NCBI GenBank assembly: GCA_963665235.2
Contig: CAXXLX010000001.1
Location: 1,824,001-1,888,000, forward strand
DNA length: 64,000 nucleotides
Direction: 5' to 3'
Source of the DNA: Candidatus Poribacteria bacterium
Lineage (GTDB): Bacteria; Poribacteria; WGA-4E; WGA-3G
Below are positions 8,332 through 17,968 of this stretch, one piece after another; position 1 is the stretch's first letter; every line of letters starts with the position of its first letter. Under the pieces are notes generated by a model. The model was given only the letters and a program-made list of their open reading frames with translations, was not told where the DNA came from and did no database searches. The translations under genes and the position numbers were made by a program.

Positions 8332-9597
8332 TTAACTGAGCGGCACTTCAGGTGGAAGCGGGCACATCTCTGCCATCGCTGGGAAGATGTGCGTTACATC
8401 TCTCCGAAACACATCGCCGCTTAAAATATCAACGATGCCTCCCTGATGCTCCGGGTATTGCGACAAAAACCGCGCAAAACTGAATTCCTTTGTATAAAAA
8501 GCATAGACAAGTTTCCGAAACGCCTCCATCCCCTTTACAAACGCCGGACCGAAACTGCCTAGCTGTGCTTCAGAAAAATCTGTTTTTTCAAACGCTTCCA
8601 CAATTGTATCGGCTGCCATCTCACCCGATTTAAGAGCTAAAAACAGACCCGTTGAATAAACTGGGTCTAAAAATCCGAACGCATCCCCTACCAAAACCCA
8701 GTGTTGCCCGGCAATTCGGCTTGCACGATAGGAGAAGTCCTTGGTTGTTTGAATCGGGAAGAGCTGCTTTGCCCCTTCAAGCCGTTGCTTCAAAGGCTGG
8801 CATTTCTCTAATTCCTCGTTAAAAATCTTCTGTGTGTTCAGTTTGCCGTTCCCTTCTCTTCGGTTTTGGAGCAGATAGTTCAACTCGCCGACAACCCCGA
8901 TGCTGGTACGATTGTACGGCAGCGGAATTGACCAGAACCAGGAATCTTTCATTTCGGTATGCATAATGAGCGTCGCGCCTTCGTCAAGTCCGGTGTCCCG
9001 ATGTCCGCCTTCGTAATGTGTAAAGAGCGATGCCATCTTCAGGTTAGGTTCCGTTGTGTTCAGGTTCAGCTGTCTTCCGATGAGTGAACGTTGACCTGTG
9101 GAATCCACGATAACAGTGCCGTGTAATGTTTCAAGGGAATCATTTTTTCCGTTTTGTGTGGCAACCCCGACTGCCTTATCTCCATCAAAAAGCACTTTGC
9201 GGACACTGACCCCTCGGCGGACCTCTACGCCTTTCTCTATTGCATTGTCCAGAAGCATCTGGTCAAATTCGCTCCGCAACACCTGCCATGTGACAGCACT
9301 TTCATGCGGGTTGGTTTCAAAGAAGTAGAACGGCATGGAGGCTTTACCGGTGCGTGAATAGAACTGTACACTGAACTTCTGTGGAAAATGGCTCGCTTGC
9401 AGTTTGTCGAGCATACCGAGTCGTTTGAAGGTCCAGTATGTAGCGGGAATTAGCGATTCGCCTATTTTGAAACTGGGTTCGGATTCCCGTTCGAGGAGCA
9501 GGACGCGGTGGCCGTGCTGTGCAACCAGTGTTGCAACAGTGCTGCCAGCGGGCCCGCCCCCGATAACGATGATGTCGTAGTTTTGATGTTTGTTCAT
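8332..9597 (-). CDS. FAD-dependent halogenase-family oxidoreductase
   Basis: GGGPAG, IGESLIP, FPQK (conserved Lys position), WFWSIP (WxWxIP), GDAFGFLDPVYSTG. Confidence 0.85.
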   Translation of the reverse strand: MNKHQNYDIIVIGGGPAGSTVATLVAQHGHRVLLLERESEPSFKIGESLIPATYWTFKRLGMLDKLQASHFPQKFSVQFYSRTGKASMPFYFFETNPHESAVTWQVLRSEFDQMLLDNAIEKGVEVRRGVSVRKVLFDGDKAVGVATQNGKNDSLETLHGTVIVDSTGQRSLIGRQLNLNTTEPNLKMASLFTHYEGGHRDTGLDEGATLIMHTEMKDSWFWSIPLPYNRTSIGVVGELNYLLQNRREGNGKLNTQKIFNEELEKCQPLKQRLEGAKQLFPIQTTKDFSYRASRIAGQHWVLVGDAFGFLDPVYSTGLFLALKSGEMAADTIVEAFEKTDFSEAQLGSFGPAFVKGMEAFRKLVYAFYTKEFSFARFLSQYPEHQGGIVDILSGDVFRRDVTHIFPAMAEMCPLPPEVPLS

Positions 9598-9712
9598 TTC
9601 GTTATTACTGTTTTTCACTAAGTTGTTAAAGTGGTGAAATCGAAAAATTTTCTTACAACAATTATAACATAGAGGTTGTAGTGCACGTTTCCATTATAAC
9701 ACAATTTATTTA

Positions 9713-10359
9713 AACGTGAGTTTGAAAAAAGTTTTTACCTAGTATGAGGAGCGGGAAACCGTTTGTCCGAATACTGGGCGATAAGTTCACGCCTTAGGGA
9801 CGATATGTTTATAGAGAGCCGTTTCCGTCCCGCCGCTTAGTCCCGTAGGGACGATATATTTATAGAGAGCCGTTTCCGTCCCGCCTTAGTCCCGTAGGGA
9901 CGATATGTTTATAGAGAGCCGTTTCCGTCCCGCCGCTTAGTCCCGTAGGGACGATATATTTATAGAGAGCCGTTTCCGTCCCGCCGCTTAGTCCCGTAGG
10001 GACGATATGTTTATAGAGAGCCGTTTCTGCCCCGCCGCTTAGTCCCGTAGGGACGATATATTTATAGAAGCCGTTTCCGTCCCGCCGCTTAGTCCCGTAG
10101 GGACGATATGTTTATAGAGAGCCGTTTCTGCCCCGCCGCTTAGTCCCGTAGGGACGATATGTTTATAGAGAGCCGTTTCCGTCCCGCCGCTTAGTCCCGT
10201 AGGGACGATATATTTATAGAAGCCGTTTCCGTCCCGCCGCTTAGTCCCGTAGGGACGATATATTTATAGAGAGCCGTTTCCGTCCCGCCGCTTAGTCCCG
10301 TAGGGACGATATGTTTATAGAGGTTAGGGAAAACGGACATTTATTATCAAACTCACGTT
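9713..10359. mobile_element. MITE (AACGTGAGTTTGA TIRs) carrying a REP-like tandem array
   Basis: AACGTGAGTTTGA...TCAAACTCACGTT, with ATTTA repeated on both flanks. Confidence 0.8.
9795..10320 (+). repeat. About 51-bp tandem array (10 full and 1 partial cores AGTCCCGTAGGGACGATATRTTTATAG)
   Basis: Cores at 9840, 9889, 9940, 9991, 10042, 10092, 10143, 10194, 10244, 10295; near-identical linker AGAGCCGTTTCCGTCCCGCCGCT. Confidence 0.95.
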
Positions 10360-10411
10360 ATTTAAAGGATTGCGTAAATCCTACATATTAACAAAGAGCA
10401 GGGCGTTTTAC

Positions 10412-11662
10412 TCACGAGGCGCGCTCATCAGTAAATCGCCTTGATTTCAGTTCATATCTCGGCAATGTTCCGAGTGGGACAGCCTTCACAACAGCGCGCA
10501 GTCCCAAAACGTCTCGGATAGCTGAAGCGACAGCAGCCGCGGTATCAGCAGGACGCAGGTTTGTAGACTCAATCTGAATTTCAAGTTCATCAAGCGTCTC
10601 CGTCCCGTATACACGTCCGGCAAACTCTTGGACCTCCGGAAACTTGAGGATAATGTTTTCAAGCGTAGCAGGATACACGTTCAGACCGCGAATAATAAGC
10701 GCGTTGTCTAGTCGTCCAATGACACCTCCATCAAGTACACGGTGCACGCTGCCACATTCACACGGCGCGGATTTAAGTTTGACATGGTCCCCCGTACGAT
10801 AACGGATGACCGGCATACCGATTCGACCTAAATTGGTGATGACTAATTCGCCTTCATTTGCCTGCGTCCCTGTGTCCGGGTTGAGCACTTCACAGATAAA
10901 CTCGTCTTCGTTGAGATGAACGCCTGCCTGTGGTCTACACATAACCCCCCATGCGCCAACTTCGGTTGCCCCTGCATGGTCGTAAGCACGCGCGCCCCAG
11001 CCGGTTTCAATCCGTTGTTTCGTTGCGGTCAAGCTTGCCCCCGGTTCACCTGCGTGAATTGTTACCTTGACTTCCGACTCACGACTGAGGTCAACGCCCA
11101 TCTGTTTTGCGACTTCAACGAGGCGCAACGCGTAAGTCGGTGTAGCAATTAGCACCGTCACACTGTTGCTGAGGATAGCACGTATCCGCTGCTCGGAGGT
11201 CAACCCGCCATTTGCAATTGTGAGCGCGCCGAGCTGTTGTGCCCCGTGGTAAGCACTCCAGAAACCGATGAACGGACCGAACGAAAACGCAATCATGAGC
11301 CGCTCGGAAGCGGTGACACCTGCAGCACTATAAATATCTCGCCAGCACTTTCCCCACCAATCCCATGATTCTCTAGTGTCCAACCATCGCAAAGGTGCAC
11401 CTGTTGTGCCTGAGGTTTGATGGAGACAGGTGTACTGTTCTAGTGGAAAGGTCCGATTTGTGCCGTAAGGCGGGTGTAATACCTGGTCGGCACTGAGTTC
11501 ATCTTTTGTGGTAAAGGGCAGCTTCCGGTAATCCGCTAGTGTTTGCACATCATTTGGGTGTGTGAGCCCGGCTTCAGTGAGTTTTTGCTTATAGAAGGCG
11601 TTTGTTTTTAATATTGGCGCGAGCATTTCGCGGAATCGGTTTAATTGTGTTTGTATCCCCAT
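10412..11662 (-). CDS. Phenylacetate-CoA ligase family (ANL) enzyme
   Basis: LPFTTKDEL, QTSGTTG, AGEPG, DHAGATE, IRYRTGD, GRLD..IIRGLNVYP. Confidence 0.92.
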   Translation of the reverse strand: MGIQTQLNRFREMLAPILKTNAFYKQKLTEAGLTHPNDVQTLADYRKLPFTTKDELSADQVLHPPYGTNRTFPLEQYTCLHQTSGTTGAPLRWLDTRESWDWWGKCWRDIYSAAGVTASERLMIAFSFGPFIGFWSAYHGAQQLGALTIANGGLTSEQRIRAILSNSVTVLIATPTYALRLVEVAKQMGVDLSRESEVKVTIHAGEPGASLTATKQRIETGWGARAYDHAGATEVGAWGVMCRPQAGVHLNEDEFICEVLNPDTGTQANEGELVITNLGRIGMPVIRYRTGDHVKLKSAPCECGSVHRVLDGGVIGRLDNALIIRGLNVYPATLENIILKFPEVQEFAGRVYGTETLDELEIQIESTNLRPADTAAAVASAIRDVLGLRAVVKAVPLGTLPRYELKSRRFTDERAS

Positions 11663-11683
11663 GTTTTTTGCATGTAATGTTGT

Positions 11684-13024
11684 TTAGGTATATCGCGTGT
11701 TCTGGTATTCCGGGGCATAGAACGCTGGGAGTAAGCTATCCACCTGGAGCAATCCCCGCTGTGTCAATTGGATTTCATCTGCTGCAGCGTTGACCTGTAA
11801 CATACCGTCATTTTGCAGTTTTTCGTAGGCATCGGCGTAAATAGTGAGGATATCCGCCTGAAACTTCTCTTGAAAATAGGAGGGCCGAATTTTTCCTATC
11901 TTCAGCTGAAGTATCATCTCTCTCGTCAATTTCTCTGCTTCCGTGGGTTTCAACGCCCGGTAGAGAGGGAGTTTATTTGCCTCAAGGCTGCTGAGATAGT
12001 CTCCCCATAAAGGGGCGTTTTGAAAGTGAACGCCACTGAGATGTGAAAAAGAGGCAACGCCTGTGCCTATCATATCGCTTCCCTGCCACACAGCGTCACG
12101 ATAAACGAACTGATACGGCTTGTCTTTCTTGAGCATTGTGTAAGCACTCGATTGCACATAACCGGCTATCGCAAATTGCTCAAAGGCGTATTGATGCCAT
12201 TCCCGCTTCAGTTTCCAATCTGCGACAGGCAGCGTGTCGCCGCCAAGGATGTCTTTGGAGTAAACAGTATTGAAGGGCAGCTCCAATTGATAGACAGTAA
12301 TACTGTCCGGCTCAAGTGCGATTGTCCTTCTCACTGTGTCGCGCCAGCTGTCCCAGGTTTCTCCAATCATACCTGAGATGAGGTCAATGTTAACCTGCTC
12401 GAATGCCAACGTTTTTATCCAGGGGGCGATGCGGTAGACCTCTTTTGAGAGGTGCGCGCGGCCGTTTTCAGCAAGGATATCGTCATTCAGATTTTCAACG
12501 CCGAGGCTCAATCGGGTTACCCCAATTGCTTTGATCGCTTCTAATTTCTTTCGTGTAAGTGTGCCGGGTTCACATTCAAATGCGACCTCTTCGGCAGCGT
12601 CCCACGGCATGACCTGTTTCACCCTGTCAACCAAGGTTGTTAGGTGTTTAACGCTAATATAAGAGGGGGTGCCACCGCCGAAATAGACGAACCGCAACGG
12701 TCGACCCGCAATTGCTGGTTGACTGCTGTAGAGTTCAATTTCTTTTGCAAGCGCGTTCAGGTACGTGTCAATTTCCGAGCTGTTTTTATCGGTATAGACG
12801 CGAAAATAGCAGAACTTGCACCGTTTGCGACAGAAGGGGATGTGCAAGTAAAGTCCAAGCGTGGTATCACCGCGCGGTTTTTCCGAGAGGGCACGGTGCA
12901 CCTCTGGGACAGCGGATTCGTTCCATGTAGAATACGGTGGATAGTTGGACACGAAAACGCTTCCAACTGTTGTCTGTTTTGATTCTATACCTGCTGTTGC
13001 AGGTTCCGGTTTTGTTTTAGACAT
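11684..13024 (-). CDS. HemN-like (coproporphyrinogen III oxidase family) radical SAM enzyme
   Basis: YLHIPFCRKRCKFCYF CxxxCxxC, YFGGGTPS, TRLSLGVE; N-terminal SNYPPYS. Confidence 0.9.
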   Translation of the reverse strand: MSKTKPEPATAGIESKQTTVGSVFVSNYPPYSTWNESAVPEVHRALSEKPRGDTTLGLYLHIPFCRKRCKFCYFRVYTDKNSSEIDTYLNALAKEIELYSSQPAIAGRPLRFVYFGGGTPSYISVKHLTTLVDRVKQVMPWDAAEEVAFECEPGTLTRKKLEAIKAIGVTRLSLGVENLNDDILAENGRAHLSKEVYRIAPWIKTLAFEQVNIDLISGMIGETWDSWRDTVRRTIALEPDSITVYQLELPFNTVYSKDILGGDTLPVADWKLKREWHQYAFEQFAIAGYVQSSAYTMLKKDKPYQFVYRDAVWQGSDMIGTGVASFSHLSGVHFQNAPLWGDYLSSLEANKLPLYRALKPTEAEKLTREMILQLKIGKIRPSYFQEKFQADILTIYADAYEKLQNDGMLQVNAAADEIQLTQRGLLQVDSLLPAFYAPEYQNTRYT

Positions 13025-13130
13025 TATCTGTTATCCTTATTTTCAAAGCGTGGCAAAGGTAGAGAAAGTATGTACAAATTTTACCTTATGTTCGCCTAGA
13101 AAAACAAATTTTTTGTGTAATTGGCAATTG

Positions 13131-14348
13131 TTACTTTTTTTCTCCGAAGCAGTAGAGGATTCCATCCTCAGTCCCGATGTAAATTCTGCCATCGGCAACG
13201 CTCGGTGATGCGACAATAGGTGAACCGGTCGCAAATTCCCACACCAGCTCCCCTGTGTCGATATCTAGTGCGATAAACATCCCGCGAGTAGTGCCGAAAA
13301 AGACGCGCTTCCCCACGATAACCGGCGAGGATTCAATTCGGGATTTCGCAGTATAGGTCCATTGCGGTTCACCTTTTTCTGACGAGAGGGCATGCACTAA
13401 CTTATCGCGTCCCCCAATAATTATAACCGATTCCGTTATGGCAGCTGAGGCAAAAAATGGAAACTGCCGGACCGGGTGTTCATACCGCCATAAGATTTCA
13501 CCTGCTGTGAGGTCAACTCCTAAAACTTCGTTCCCGTACGTTCCGCAATAGACGCGAACAACAGATGTCCGTTGCGGCGCAGGCGCAATTTGTCGGGTTT
13601 CGCTGTGTTCAATCTGACCTGCTAAAATGGCAGGACTCGCGCCGACATAAGCTCCCATGTCTATCTGTTCTACTTGGGTGCCATCGGCGATATTGATGAC
13701 GCGCAAATAGCTATCGCATCCCGTGACAATCACGAAATTGGCAGCATTCGGAGAGTGCCCATTACCTTGCGTCCAAACCCCCGGGGTGCCATGGACATAT
13801 CCCTCCGTTTCAAACTTCCAGAGTAGGTCCCCGTTTTGTAGGTTGAGACAGTAGAGAAATCCATCATACGAACCGAATAGCACACGGTTATCCACAAAAT
13901 TTGCCGATGAGATAATTTCCCCGCCTGTAGTGAACTGCCATCTCTTTTCCTGCGTTCTGCTATCCACTGCATGAAAGACCCCGGCACTATCACCAAAGTA
14001 GATAACCCCCTCATGAATAGCCGGGGAGGCTTTGATTGAATCGTTCGCCTGATAGGTCCATCTCTTTTTGCCGGTTTTTGCATCAATGACGTAGAGGAGC
14101 CCATCCAACGCGCCGACATAGACAGTGCCATCAACGACTGCGGCGGTAGATTCAATTATATCCCCTATATCAAAAGTCCAGAGCACTTCAAGCTTATCCG
14201 GAAGCTGCGAGTCTGCTACCCCGGTGAGTTGTGGGTTGCCACGGAAGCTTGCCCAATCGCCAAAAGCGGGAGGCATCGCGTGAATCAACAGAAAAACGAG
14301 GAGATTCCAATATAGTAATGACTTCAGCCCTTTAAAAAATGTGCTCAT
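13131..14348 (-). CDS. PQQ-like / BamB-type beta-propeller protein, secreted
   Basis: Signal peptide, DWASFRGNPQLTG, repeated SSP..VYVG..DG..Y..D..TG...W blades. Confidence 0.9.
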   Translation of the reverse strand: MSTFFKGLKSLLYWNLLVFLLIHAMPPAFGDWASFRGNPQLTGVADSQLPDKLEVLWTFDIGDIIESTAAVVDGTVYVGALDGLLYVIDAKTGKKRWTYQANDSIKASPAIHEGVIYFGDSAGVFHAVDSRTQEKRWQFTTGGEIISSANFVDNRVLFGSYDGFLYCLNLQNGDLLWKFETEGYVHGTPGVWTQGNGHSPNAANFVIVTGCDSYLRVINIADGTQVEQIDMGAYVGASPAILAGQIEHSETRQIAPAPQRTSVVRVYCGTYGNEVLGVDLTAGEILWRYEHPVRQFPFFASAAITESVIIIGGRDKLVHALSSEKGEPQWTYTAKSRIESSPVIVGKRVFFGTTRGMFIALDIDTGELVWEFATGSPIVASPSVADGRIYIGTEDGILYCFGEKK

Positions 14349-15453
14349 ATAATCTGATAAAATCCTGTATAGCAAGAGAACGCGGGTTAAACTGGGCAGT
14401 CCATTGTGCTGCAGCCTCCTTTGCTAGTTCAGCTATATCTGTCGAGCTTACAGAAGATTGGACAGAACAATTCTGTAGTGTGTTCGGTAAATCGGCCATT
14501 TGCATTAACGCTTCAACTCTATCTGCTAAATTTCCATCCGGGTAAAGCGCACAATACGATTTATCTGCGACCGTTTCGTTAAATCGAATGACGTGCGGTA
14601 ACATCAGGGCAACAGCGATGCCGTGGGGAATGCCGTATTCGGCTGTCAGCGGATTCGCGCAAGCGTGTGCTGCCCCTAGCATCGAATTTTCAATTGCGAC
14701 ACCTGCGAGATACGCGCCGAATAACATCTTGCCGCGCGTCTTACTGTTTTCTATTTGTAGCGCCATTTCAAAATTAGTGTCTAACAGCTGCCAAGCGTGC
14801 AGCGAGAACATTTGTGACATCGGAGTGCGTTTCGTTGAAACGAAGCTTTCAATAGCATGTGAAATTGCATCTATACCGGTCACTGCTGCTACCGGTCTCG
14901 GTAGCGTTTCGGTGAGCGTTGGGTCTAAGATTACTGTCCTGAATCGTGCTTTTTTGTCGCCGCATGCCATTTTGATATGTGTCCCTTCTTGTGCAATCAA
15001 GGCGTAAGATTGCGCCTCACTTCCTGTGCCAATCGTTGTCGGAATGCCGATAGTGGGGAGCATAGGGTGTGTTGCTTTGTTCGTTCCCCAGTAGTCCTCC
15101 ATTTTGCCGCCGTTGGTGAGCAGAAAATTCGCACCTTTCGCGCAATCCATCGCGCTTCCTCCGCCGAGCCCAATAATAAGGTCAATCGGGGTGTTAGCTT
15201 TGGCAAATTGAACGGCAGCCTCAACATGCTGTGTCGTCGGGTTAGACGCGATGTCGGAAAAAACGTGGGGGTTAAGCTGCTCACTCTCTAACGCTGCACA
15301 CGCGCGTGAGAGAATGCCTGCCTTTTGAATACCGGGGTCTGTTACAATTAGCGGTCGGGTGCCGCCCAGTATTTTCGTCAACTCGCCCAATCGTTCAATA
15401 CTGTTTTCACCAAAGATGACGCGTTGCGTCGATTCGAAATCAAAAGTTTCCAT
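14332..15453 (-). CDS. Iron-containing alcohol dehydrogenase
   Basis: GLGGGSAMDCAK, PTTIGTGSE, DAISHAIE, AHACA, HGIAV. Confidence 0.93.
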   Translation of the reverse strand: METFDFESTQRVIFGENSIERLGELTKILGGTRPLIVTDPGIQKAGILSRACAALESEQLNPHVFSDIASNPTTQHVEAAVQFAKANTPIDLIIGLGGGSAMDCAKGANFLLTNGGKMEDYWGTNKATHPMLPTIGIPTTIGTGSEAQSYALIAQEGTHIKMACGDKKARFRTVILDPTLTETLPRPVAAVTGIDAISHAIESFVSTKRTPMSQMFSLHAWQLLDTNFEMALQIENSKTRGKMLFGAYLAGVAIENSMLGAAHACANPLTAEYGIPHGIAVALMLPHVIRFNETVADKSYCALYPDGNLADRVEALMQMADLPNTLQNCSVQSSVSSTDIAELAKEAAAQWTAQFNPRSLAIQDFIRLYEHIF

Positions 15454-15476
15454 AACATCCCTGCGTTGTGGCACAG

Positions 15477-16760
15477 TCATTCTAACTTTTGCCACGGCAC
15501 ACCCCCCGCCTTCTGTGTTTCCGCCTGAAGCAGAGATTGCATCTCTTTAAAGATTGCTGTTTGTGTCTCGGCAGCGTTTGTCGTTTCCAGCGGGTCGCTC
15601 GATAGGTCATAGAGTGATAGCGGCTCAAATGGACTGTTGTGTAGCAACTTGATGTCGCCGCGCCGAACTGCATGTTGAGATTGCCCAAGAAACCGTTGTC
15701 CTCCCTCTCGCCGCAGCCAATAAAGGGACCGTTCGGATAAGTCCTGCTGTTCACCTTGGAGCGTCTGATAAATGGAACGTCCCTCAATTTCGTGTGTGAT
15801 AGGGATGCCAGCGATGTCACACAGGGTCGGAAAGAGGTCCATGAGCAACGCGACCTGTTCTGTGACATGCCCGGCGGGGATATGCCCTGGCCACATTGCA
15901 CAAGTCGGGACTCGGATGCCGCCTTCGTACATCTCACCCTTTTGTCCACGCAACGGACCATTGTTTGCCCCAACCTGCATCGCACCGCCGTTGTCAGAGG
16001 TGTAAATAACAAGTGTATTGGAGAGCTGCCCGGTTTCATCAAGCGTATCCAGGACGCGACCGATACCGGCATCCATGTGTTCAACGAGGGCAACATATTT
16101 TGCTCGCTGGGGAGAGATGTCCGGTTCACGTTGTTTCACCCGTTCCACCCAATCGTCAGGCGGTTGGATTGGCGTGTGAGGAGCATTATATGCAAGGTAT
16201 AGGAAAAAAGGCTGTGCCGACTGCGCTTGCGCCCGAATGAACTCCACACTCCATTCCGTGAAGAGAGATGTCGCATGTCCATTTGGCGTAATGGTGTCAA
16301 AACCGTTCCGCATGTAGTTTATATTATGCCGGCGGTGTGTGTAATAGTCGTCCATCATATCGCCGAGGAATCCGTGAAAATGGTCAAACCCGCGTTTGAT
16401 AGGATGATTCTCCGGTTCAAGCCCGAGGTGCCATTTTCCGATAAGTGCTGTGTGATACTCTTTCCGTTTCAACATTGATGGGAGCGTGATAGCGTCCTGT
16501 CGAAAATAGCCCCAGTTGTTTTGTGAATGGGTGCGAATCACCCCCGGTACGCCGACCCGGTCCGGGTAACGTCCGGTCATAAGGGCTGCACGGCTTGGCG
16601 AGCAGACAGAGGAATTTGCATAAAATTGGGTAAAGCGCGTCCCCTCCGCAGCGATTCTATCAATGTTCGGCGTTTGAATCGATGGACCGTTGTGTGCTGA
16701 AATATCACCATACCCGTGGTCGTCAGCGAGAATGAGGAGTATATTCGGTAATTTTGCCAT
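15477..16760 (-). CDS. Arylsulfatase-family sulfatase
   Basis: PNILLILADD, CSPSR (formylglycine motif), GKWHLG, SDNG, YEGGIRVP; GGAG RBS before MAKLPN. Confidence 0.95.
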   Translation of the reverse strand: MAKLPNILLILADDHGYGDISAHNGPSIQTPNIDRIAAEGTRFTQFYANSSVCSPSRAALMTGRYPDRVGVPGVIRTHSQNNWGYFRQDAITLPSMLKRKEYHTALIGKWHLGLEPENHPIKRGFDHFHGFLGDMMDDYYTHRRHNINYMRNGFDTITPNGHATSLFTEWSVEFIRAQAQSAQPFFLYLAYNAPHTPIQPPDDWVERVKQREPDISPQRAKYVALVEHMDAGIGRVLDTLDETGQLSNTLVIYTSDNGGAMQVGANNGPLRGQKGEMYEGGIRVPTCAMWPGHIPAGHVTEQVALLMDLFPTLCDIAGIPITHEIEGRSIYQTLQGEQQDLSERSLYWLRREGGQRFLGQSQHAVRRGDIKLLHNSPFEPLSLYDLSSDPLETTNAAETQTAIFKEMQSLLQAETQKAGGVPWQKLE

Positions 16761-16807
16761 AGTTTTCTCCATATAGGGGTAGAAACGCGACTTCAAAGGG
16801 TATGCGG

Positions 16808-17968
16808 TCAAGCCACGAACTCACACCATACCGCGGGAACACCCATCGGTATACCGACTGGCATAATCTGAAGGTCTGTTGCATTTTCGACCGGTACATC
16901 AGCGGTTATCATTGAAAGATTGGCACGTGCCGCTGCTAAGTCATCGGCCTCGAGTGCGGCACTGAATTCTGCAATTGCAGCATCCCGTTTTCCTTGTTGA
17001 TAGTAGACAACTCCAAGATTGTTTCGCGCTTCAGCTAACGCGCCCGCCTTTTGGTAGGAAGCAATTGCCGCCGCAAGTCTATCTTGTCGGAAATGGACTA
17101 TACCGAGGTTGGTGTGTACCTCAGCAAAATCCGGTGCGATGCGGTGCACACGAGTTAGTATCACCTTCGCTTCATCAAGTCTATTTTGACAGATATACGC
17201 GAAACTGAGGTTGAGCTGCACCTCTACTGAATCCGGGGCCATATTTAATGCTTCCTTATGGAGCGCAATTGCCTCGTCATGTTTCTCTTGCCAACTGTAG
17301 AGCAATCCAAGGTTGGTATGCGGCTCTTCCCCACCATGAAGTTCAATTGATGTCTGAAAAGCCGAGGTTGCCTGTTCAAAGTCGCCTTGCAACAGATAGA
17401 CAAGTCCAAGGTTGTTGTACGGTTCCGCTAGGGTTGAATCGGTTTCAATTGCTTTTTTATAACATGCCACAGCTTCCTCTAATCGGCCTTGCCACGTGTA
17501 GATTAATCCGAGGTTAAGCTGTGCTTCTCCGCCATCACCGAGTCGAATCGCTTCCTTAGAGGCGGCTATCGCAGCGTCAAGCTCACCGCTGCAGATATAG
17601 ACGAACCCTAAATTGGTATGGGCTTCAGCAGAATTCGGATTGCGTTCTAGGGCTGCGTTAAGGGAGTGTAGGGCTGCATCGAGCTGCCCCTGCCAGGCGT
17701 AAACCACAGCTAAATTGGTATGAGGTGCTGAGAGACTGGAGTCCAGACGAGATGCTTTGAGATGCAAAGCGATTGCTTCATCTAATTCACCTGCCCAACA
17801 GTGCAGAACACCCAAATTGGTGTGTGGTGCTGCTAAATTGGGAGCAAGCTGAATCGCTTCAATTAAGGCAACTTGCGCTGCACCAAGCTGTCCCTGAGAG
17901 ACATGATGGCATGCCTGACGGTTCAGTTCTTGCGCGTGCTTGATATTCTCTGTCTTATTTTTTTTCAT
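16808..17968 (-). CDS. Tetratricopeptide repeat protein
   Basis: About 10 repeats of the HTNLG/NNLG..G.L.AA type; start MKKNK at the IS junction. Confidence 0.9.
   Translation of the reverse strand: MKKNKTENIKHAQELNRQACHHVSQGQLGAAQVALIEAIQLAPNLAAPHTNLGVLHCWAGELDEAIALHLKASRLDSSLSAPHTNLAVVYAWQGQLDAALHSLNAALERNPNSAEAHTNLGFVYICSGELDAAIAASKEAIRLGDGGEAQLNLGLIYTWQGRLEEAVACYKKAIETDSTLAEPYNNLGLVYLLQGDFEQATSAFQTSIELHGGEEPHTNLGLLYSWQEKHDEAIALHKEALNMAPDSVEVQLNLSFAYICQNRLDEAKVILTRVHRIAPDFAEVHTNLGIVHFRQDRLAAAIASYQKAGALAEARNNLGVVYYQQGKRDAAIAEFSAALEADDLAAARANLSMITADVPVENATDLQIMPVGIPMGVPAVWCEFVA

Noticed and set aside
9795-10320. CRISPR array (also 25675-26545, 5249-5400, 29302-29470)
   Set aside because: Inter-repeat segments are near-identical within each array, there are no cas genes in the window, and the arrays lie within or against MITE ends
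11684-13024. Assigning the gene symbol hemN or hemW
   Set aside because: Family membership is clear, but the context has no heme genes and the specific function cannot be determined from sequence alone
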